A DNA stretch of 5,775 nucleotides. Origin: Adineta steineri (lineage: Eukaryota). Shown here piece after piece: positions 1 through 5,775 of this stretch (position 1 is its first letter; every line of letters starts with the position of its first letter). The notes beneath the pieces were generated by a model. That model was not told the origin of the DNA. It made no database searches and worked only from the letters and a program-made list of their open reading frames with translations. The translations under genes and the position numbers were made by a program. Location: positions 34,771 through 40,545 of the forward strand of contig CAJNON010000274.1 in NCBI GenBank assembly GCA_905250065.1, written 5' to 3'.

Positions 1-794
1 TTTTAAGTTCTAAAGTACGTACCAAATTTTTTTGAAAATACACATTTTAAAGTACAGACTTTGCTCTATCTATGGGTGAAAGAATTAGGCTTCTAGCACT
101 TTCCGTTTATATACAATAGGTCTTGACATTTGTACGGATACTTTTGCATCGCGGGTTATGAACTGTATTAATATTTGAGCATAGTAATTTATGTAGTATA
201 TTATTCAACTAATAAAAACAACTGTGTAGTAACGTCAAACAAAAGCAGAAAAAATTCTACAGCAGATAAATATTTATATTGGTTTTATTCATAACTGTAA
301 TCATTACATAATTAAATTTTTATTTTTTCTATCACAGAGATTTACATAAATATATTTTATAATAACGTCTTTTAATTCAAAAACAAAATTCTGATTTCAT
401 CTTGTTTTCAAGAAGAAAACAAGATATAGTATTGAAAAAAAGTAAAACAATCTACTATTCTTTGAAATTGAATTCGGTTTGTCTATTTAAGGCTATCGAA
501 GCCTTCAACAGTAGAACCAGCAAGCCGTTTTTCTTAGTATTTTTTGTTCTTGATTATCTATACATAATTTCATAAAAGAAAAATATGTTATCATTGCATG
601 TATCATATTTGATAAGAATAAAATAAAACTGGGTACACGTAAATAATCAAAAGTTGAAGCAGAACGAAAAAAATAAATAACTCATAAAGCATCAGTCGCT
701 TATTAATATAAATATTCGAAAGCAAAAAATGTTTTGCTGTTTCTTCATGATACAATCTTTTTAAAAAACGTGAGTAAAAAAATAAGAAGAATAC

Positions 795-1445
795 ATGTCC
801 TTAGTATCGAAACAAATGTCATCACCATTAATATTTAATATTCGTCTATTACATGAAGATGATTATAATCAAGTTTTATCGTTATTATTAAATTCATTTT
901 TTAAAGATGAACCAATTACACAATGTCTTCAAATAACTGAAACATTAGAATTTGCTAAAAATATTATTAATGGCTGTTTACAAGATCAATGTTCATTTGT
1001 TGCTTTAAATACAGAAACAAATCAAATAGTTGGAATTTGTCTCAATGAAATTAAACATAAAAATCAACGAAATGAAACAATTCAATCTGATGAAAAACTT
1101 GGTTTTCTGTTTCAACTTTTTGCTGATGTACATAAAAATTTAAATATTTTTGATAAATTAAATGCTCATACTCTACTTCATGTATTTATTATAAGTGTCG
1201 ATAAATGTGCACGTGGTCATGGGCTTGCATCACGCCTCATAGAAAAAAGTATTGAATATGCTAAAGAGTTAGAAATTGCTGGTGCATTTGCAGAAGCAAC
1301 AAATCTTATCTCATTAAAATGTTTTAAACAACAACAATTCAATATACTTGATGAACTTATATATATGAATTATGATTCAAAACGCTTAGCAAATCTTAAT
1401 GATGAAAATCATGATCGATGTTATCTTGTTGCTCGAAAATTTTAA
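795..1445 (+). CDS. GNAT-family N-acetyltransferase, arylalkylamine/dopamine N-acetyltransferase-like, 216 aa, intronless
   Basis: Complete ATG-to-TAA ORF. N-terminal 'IRLLHEDDYNQVLSLLLNSFFKDEPI' and acetyl-CoA-binding region 'LLHVFIISVDKCARGHGLASRLIEKSIEYAKELEIAGAFAEATNLISLKCFKQQQF' match the general layout of GNATs of the insect-type aaNAT class (V-x-x-x-x-R-G-x-G-[LI]-A-x-x-L). The substrate class is inferred from overall layout. Confidence 0.8.
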   Translation: MSLVSKQMSSPLIFNIRLLHEDDYNQVLSLLLNSFFKDEPITQCLQITETLEFAKNIINGCLQDQCSFVALNTETNQIVGICLNEIKHKNQRNETIQSDEKLGFLFQLFADVHKNLNIFDKLNAHTLLHVFIISVDKCARGHGLASRLIEKSIEYAKELEIAGAFAEATNLISLKCFKQQQFNILDELIYMNYDSKRLANLNDENHDRCYLVARKF

Positions 1446-1468
1446 TTAATAGAACTTTGAATATTGTC

Positions 1469-1484
1469 AATAAAAAAAAATAAA
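1469..1484 (+). promoter_or_regulatory. Candidate polyadenylation signals for the GNAT gene (AATAAA at 1469-1474 and 1479-1484)
   Basis: Two AATAAA hexamers within 40 nt after the stop codon at 1445. In such AT-rich sequence the motif is weak evidence alone. Confidence 0.4.
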
Positions 1485-1880
1485 TAAGACTATCGTGTAT
1501 ACTATATTATTTTAATTAAAAAATTACTCTTTCTTGTGTATAATCGATAAAAGTAGTATTATAATACATGATTTATAATTAAAGAAAGAATTGCTAAAAA
1601 TAAATGGGCTCTTCACAAAGTGATATAGTCTATTTAACAGATTTAAACTTCTCTGTTAGTATTTAATTCAATATCACATCGTGGTTACCACAATGATCTA
1701 TATTACTAAGTTATTCTTTCATTCATCGAAATTTTATATTTAAAGAAGAGCTTCTCGATCAATGACGCCCTCTATCATTAAGTCCATCTAATATCCATTA
1801 CCATCCTTGCAATATAATATAACCAATTCTTAATCAAAATATCGAAATAGATCATTTTGATAGAAGAAAAAAAATACACG

Positions 1881-3332
1881 ATGTTAATTCCTCGTTTTTC
1901 ATTAACTCAAACTTCAACACAATTATTAATTACAATTCGATGTCCATATGTTAAATTCTCATCATCATCAAATGAAGAAAATAATGGTATTGAAATTGAT
2001 TTACCTTCACCAAATGAATTCTATTTTGCTTGTAAACCCTATTATCTTCATTTATATTTACCTGGTCGTGTAATTGATAAAGATGCATCTAATTATAAAT
2101 ATGATATTGATACATCTTCATTTTGTTTTACATATGAAAAAGAAACAAAAAATGAACAGTTCGAAAATCTTGATATGTTGACGACATTATTGAATAAAAA
2201 AGCAAAAGTATCATCAAATAAAATTGAAGAAATTGATAACGATTTAACAAATGAAGAAGAAGAAGATGAGGAGGAGGAAGAGGATGAAGATGAACCATTA
2301 TGGAATCAAATGAGACAACTTGAAATTGATGGTATATTAAAAATTAAAGTCTTTTTTTATTTTTATTTCTTATTCATTTATTTTTAGATCAACCAAAAGA
2401 AAATTTGATATCTTCATATTCATATGGTTTTAATCATCAATACAAAGATTTATTTACAACTTTTGATTCTGAATATTGTTTAATATTTGATAATCAATCA
2501 CCCGATACACTTCCAACATCATCGATTCGTTCATGTCGTTTAGAACAAGAACAAACCGATTTTAATTCTGAACATTATCTAGCTGATAAATATGAATTAA
2601 ATGATGAAACAATATTTGATTATAAATTAATTTTAGAAGATCAATTAGATGAACAAGATCGAGATGATTTAAAAAATCTTAAATATAAACAATTATTCAT
2701 TGATGATCAAATATCAATTTATTTAGGACTTATTGATTTACTCTATGCATTTGTTTATGATCAACGAATTACACAGTAAGTAAAACTTACATATAATACA
2801 AAAATATATATTTTTTTTTCTCTTTAGAGGTGAACCATGTTGTGAATCTTCATGGAATATTCATAAATTATCATCAACATTGTCATGGTTTGATACATTT
2901 ACTGATCTTCCATCTGTTCTAACAGCATGTTGTCGTCGAACTTTAATCTATCCACTTATTCGTTCATTTAAACTTGCAAAAAAATGTTTACTTGATGTTA
3001 TAGAAATATTTTCAATGGGAAAATCTACAATACTTCAATGTTTACTTCAAATGAGACGTTTATTTTTGGATGAAGAACATCGATATTTATTAAATACACT
3101 TTATTTAAATGATTATTGTTTATGGATACAAACAGAATGTCAAACAAAATGGTTAGATTCATTAGTAGAAGCTATGAAACATACTATTGAATATGAACTT
3201 GATGAAAATAATCTTGAATTAAATTTTGAAGAAAAACATTTTTCTTGGAAAGTGACTTTACATGAAATTAGTGATACTGATGATGACGATGATTGTTCAT
3301 CATCATCATCATCAGATGAAAAGAATTGTTAA
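1881..3332 (+). CDS. SHQ1: SHQ1-type H/ACA ribonucleoprotein assembly factor; three exons join(1881..2331, 2388..2775, 2828..3332), 447 aa predicted
   Basis: N-terminal CS-like domain 'MLIPRFSLTQTSTQLLITIRCPYVKF...FYFACKPYYLHLYLPGRVIDKDASNYKYDIDTSSFCFTYEKETKNEQFENLDMLTTLL' resembles animal SHQ1 ('MLTPAFDLSQ...FYAKPYFLRLTLPGRI...GQHFEGLNMLTALL'). The following exons carry SHQ1-domain motifs 'YSYGFNHQYKDLF', 'FNSEHYLADKYELNDE', 'IYLGLIDLLYAFVYDQRITQGEPCCESSWNIHKLSSTLSWFDTF' and 'LNDYCLWIQ'. Both splice junctions keep the frame: GAT|G..AT CAA at exon 1/2 and ACA CA|A GGT GAA at exon 2/3. Total coding length is 1344 nt (448 codons including stop). Confidence 0.93.
2253..2294 (+). repeat. GAA/GAG/GAT acidic low-complexity tract encoding EEEEDEEEEEDEDE in SHQ1
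   Basis: 14 consecutive Glu/Asp codons directly readable, between the CS-like domain and the SHQ1 domain. Confidence 0.85.
2332..2387 (+). other. SHQ1 intron 1 (56 nt, GTATAT...TTTTTAG)
   Basis: GT donor at 2332-2333, pyrimidine-rich tract, AG acceptor at 2386-2387. Splicing joins the 1857-2387 and 2405-2779 ORF-track entries in frame. The alternative GT at 2349 would put an in-frame TGA shortly downstream. Confidence 0.88.
2776..2827 (+). other. SHQ1 intron 2 (52 nt, GTAAGT...CTCTTTAG)
   Basis: Consensus donor GTAAGT at 2776, T-rich tract, AG at 2826-2827. Splicing gives 'RIT-Q-GEPCCESSWNIHKLS', matching SHQ1 domain order. Confidence 0.92.
3297..3314 (+). repeat. (TCA)6 trinucleotide run encoding SSSSSS in the SHQ1 acidic/serine C-terminal tail
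   Basis: Six perfect TCA units following 'DTDDDDDC' codons. Confidence 0.9.
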
Positions 3333-3337
3333 AGTTT

Positions 3338-3343
3338 AATAAA
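3338..3343 (+). promoter_or_regulatory. Candidate polyadenylation signal of SHQ1 (AATAAA)
   Basis: AATAAA starts 6 nt after the stop codon at 3332. Confidence 0.45.
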
Positions 3344-3969
3344 AAAAAATATCTCAGGATTCACCGAATCATTTATGTTAATGATAGACTTGTAAAGAAA
3401 TTTTTTCAATTACATTGAATTGATTAAACTAATAAAATGAAACATCTTTACAATCAAAAAAAAATGTATTATTTCGTAAGTTTTTAAATAGTCATGCGAA
3501 TATAAACTAATATTATTATACTTACGATAAATTACTGAAGAAATATGTCTTTAAAAACATGCATCAAATCATTTTTACTATTATTTCTTATGCAGTTGAT
3601 ATGACAGGGATTGAAACGGTCGCAGAGTGAATGTAATATATTTGCTACACAATGATGTGGATGTAAGTACAGATTCTTCTGATTCATTACCCACATCTTT
3701 AATTCTCTGAACATACCATAATTACTTTAAATGTTTTATTAATAAATAATATTTTATAGTGTGAGAACAAATTTTTCTTTTGTTGAGTTACATTTCTGCA
3801 TAAATAATTACTTAGCAAAAGTTGATTCTCTTCTAGATCATTTAAACATATATTTTTCATTTCCTGACAAAAACATTACAAAACAATAATTTTGATTCAT
3901 GAATGGAATAATGCACGAGATGATGACACAAAAAAAGGTATTTTAAGAACATAAAATATGTAGAATTAA

Positions 3970-4981
3970 TTATGTATTGTATGGTAATATTACTCTTCCA
4001 ATTGTAATTAAATGCAATGGATTAACTTGATGTGTTCTTTTGCACCACAATATTCGAGCTAATACAGCTTGACGAAAACGTCTTGATGAAATCATAAACA
4101 TATAACAACTTCCCTAAAATAAATAATTTATAATGAAAATATATGTTCATAACAAAAATAAACGAGCATACGGCAAAGTAAAAACTTGTTAGTGTTAAAA
4201 TAATTACTGAAGCAAAGTATTCTTTTAATAATCGATCTGCACTTTTAGCAATGTTTGATGTTATTGAACTGTAAGTAGTGTAAATACCAAATGGAACCAT
4301 AAAAATAATAATAAATAATACTTGAATAAAAGTCATCTTTGTTATTTGTCGATCAGCATGTTGATCAAGAAGAACTCGTATCTGACGAATATTTCGATAA
4401 GTCAAATATCCAAATATAACTACAATTAAAAATGGAATGCCACAGAAGAGACCAATAAGATATAGAGGTATATAAATAGCATAGATAGCATTGATGTTTA
4501 CACATGTATTACTAGTCGGTATTATATCACGAAAGACAAGAACAGGAATTGCATGAAGACACCAGATTATAATGGAAATCAAAGTAATTCGATATGTCAA
4601 TTTCATATTACTATATCGACGAAGATTAGCATTCTTTGATGTAACTAAAAATTGATCGATTGTTGCCAAACATGAACATGTTACACTAATCAAACTAAGT
4701 GAAACAACAAAAAATTGTCTTAATTTACACCAAACTATTGATGTATGAGTGAAGTCGATTCCATAACCTATACTCATAATACGAGTAATAAGAGTGATTG
4801 ATATATAAGCTAGATTGAGTATTGAACAAATAAGAAAGTAAAATGTGCAAGGAGTGGTGCGATAAGTACGAATACTTAGGAAAATAAGAATATTCATTCC
4901 ATTGCCAGTAATACCTATGAGAAGAAGAAAATATCCAAAATATAATGTTATCTCATCAGCAATATATGATAACGATGTCAT
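3970..4981 (-). CDS. Rhodopsin-like (class A) seven-transmembrane receptor, peptide-receptor-like; complement(join(3970..4113, 4172..4981)), 317 aa predicted
   Basis: Several hydrophobic helices: TM1 'FGYFLLLIGITGNGMNILIFLSI' with the GN motif, TM3 with leading Cys ('WCKLRQFFVVSLSLISVTCSCLATIDQF'), TM4 'ITLISIIIWCLHAIPVLVF', TM5 'IYIPLYLIGLFCGIPFLIVVIFGYLTYR', TM6 'MTFIQVLFIIIFMVPFGIY'. TM7 plus helix 8 becomes 'VIILTLTSFYFAGSCYMFMISSRRFRQAVLARILWC' after intron removal. Confidence 0.87.
4114..4171 (-). other. Receptor intron (58 nt, GTATGC...TTATTTTAG, phase 0)
   Basis: On the minus strand '...TTTTACTTTGCC|GTATGC...TTATTTTAG|GGAAGTTGTTATATG...'. Splicing gives SFYFA-GSCYMFMISSRRFRQAV, with the aromatic end of TM7 and a basic helix-8 typical of class A receptors; the unspliced ORF lacks these. 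Confidence 0.82.
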
Positions 4982-5190
4982 TTTTTCAATATTTGATATT
5001 ACTTGATATTGCGGATAACTTCACTTAATGATACATTAATAATATAACAAAATTGTTTAAATGAATGTTTTAATGCATTTATAGAGTCAAATGTCTTCAT
5101 GCTCATTAAATTCTTTGAAGAAAAAAAAACTGTCGTTATGGATTTACGCATGATATGAGCATAAACATATATTTGTCATTAAATTCTGGC

Positions 5191-5210
5191 TATTTATACA
5201 TGTGACGTCA
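5191..5210 (-). promoter_or_regulatory. Candidate core promoter of the receptor gene: full CRE palindrome TGACGTCA (5203-5210) next to TATAAATA (minus-strand reading of 5191-5198)
   Basis: Minus strand reads TGACGTCACATGTATAAATAGCC. It lies about 210 nt upstream of the receptor ATG at 4981 in the correct orientation. Confidence 0.4.
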
Positions 5211-5509
5211 TGAGAATTTTGTAAAAAATCATCAGATCAGATGTTGCTGTACAGACAGAATCATCTCTGCTCATAATTTAACATCAAAAATAGTAAAGGA
5301 ATGAATATACTTGTTTAATAGAAGAAAATAAATACCAACAATGATTAGTTTAACTCACCTTTTAATCTAATAAAGTTATAATTTATCTCCTCTCTTCATG
5401 TTAATAAACGTATAAGAAATATTGAACTTTTGAAGTAGTTCATTGAAAAGTAAAGATTTTGAATGAAAAATAAAACTAATAAAGTACACAAACGTTTGTC
5501 GAAAATATA

Positions 5510-5515
5510 TTTATT
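5510..5515 (-). promoter_or_regulatory. Candidate polyadenylation signal for the P450 gene (AATAAA on minus strand)
   Basis: TTTATT on the plus strand, about 105 nt downstream of the P450 stop codon. AT-rich context weakens the call. Confidence 0.35.
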
Positions 5516-5620
5516 TTTTCTAATGACAACTTATGATTAATTTGAGATAAATAATTAAAAAAGAAGTGAAGAGAATAGAATTAATTGCAGTAACAGATAT
5601 GACATTTTGAATAGAATAAT

Positions 5621-5775
5621 TTAGATTTCTCTTTTCCCAACATATGCAAACAAACCATATTTAGTTTTCATCGTTACACCTTTCATTTCAGGAACAATTT
5701 GTTGTCCAGGTACTAACTTGAAGTTACACCGTTGTACAAGCATTGCAAGCATCACTTTTGCTTCGAGTATTGCAA
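5621..5775 (-). CDS. Cytochrome P450, C-terminal fragment (5' part lies outside the window)
   Basis: Minus-strand frame from the window edge to TAA at 5621-5623 reads 'AILEAKVMLAMLVQRCNFKLVPGQQIVPEMKGVTMKTKYGLFAYVGKREI*'. This matches the region after the P450 heme-binding Cys loop: 'FA..EAK..LA.ll.rF.f.lvpgq.v.p....tlrpkyGl'. Confidence 0.85.
   Translation of the reverse strand, partial: AILEAKVMLAMLVQRCNFKLVPGQQIVPEMKGVTMKTKYGLFAYVGKREI

Noticed and set aside
11-54. Repeated word TAAAGTAC near the window start
   Set aside because: Two 8-mers about 35 nt apart with no extension or further copies; not enough to call a repeat or transposon end.
489-505. Small hairpin AAGGCT-ATCGA-AGCCTT in the 5' non-coding region
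   Set aside because: Only a 6 bp stem with no T-run, RNA-gene context or nearby partner; expected by chance in this length of sequence.
1-794. Possible additional coding exon or RNA gene upstream of the GNAT gene
   Set aside because: The sequence is AT-rich with frequent stops in the frames I examined. No motif, tRNA-like cloverleaf or long ORF could be supported.
2349-2387. Alternative SHQ1 intron 1 donor at the GT in 'AAAGTC'
   Set aside because: This junction gives ATC AAC CAA AAG AAA ATT TGA, an immediate stop; the donor at 2332 keeps the SHQ1 frame.
3532-3714. 60 aa minus-strand ORF as an independent Cys/His-rich gene
   Set aside because: Cys and His are present but without regular zinc-finger spacing, the frame has a competing open frame, and I recognise no family. 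Kept only as a low-interest finding, not a CDS feature.
1-5775. A novel defence system, biosynthetic cluster or mobile-element cassette
   Set aside because: The gene contents (GNAT, SHQ1, 7TM receptor, P450) are unrelated eukaryotic genes in mixed orientations. I saw no direct-repeat array, recognisable terminal inverted repeats, transposase or reverse transcriptase motifs.

Overview
This looks like an ordinary, AT-rich, compact animal nuclear locus. Short 52-58 nt GT-AG introns and the receptor style suggest a bdelloid-rotifer-like invertebrate, but that is inference. I support four protein genes: (1) an intronless GNAT acetyltransferase of the arylalkylamine N-acetyltransferase-like type, + strand, 795-1445; (2) a complete SHQ1-type H/ACA snoRNP assembly factor, + strand, 1881-3332, rebuilt from three exons that the ORF track lists as separate ORFs; (3) a divergent rhodopsin-like 7TM receptor, - strand, 4981-3970, with a 58 nt intron whose removal replaces the ORF-track C-terminus with a plausible TM7/helix-8 end; (4) the C-terminal end of a cytochrome P450, - strand, 5775-5621, absent from the ORF track and cut off by the window edge. 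SHQ1 and the receptor are convergent. I found no CRISPR array, tRNA or rRNA gene, recognisable mobile element or cassette resembling a new multi-gene system. The most useful observations are the corrected gene models, a CRE palindrome next to a TATA box upstream of the receptor, and a short ambiguous reading region at 3590-3720.
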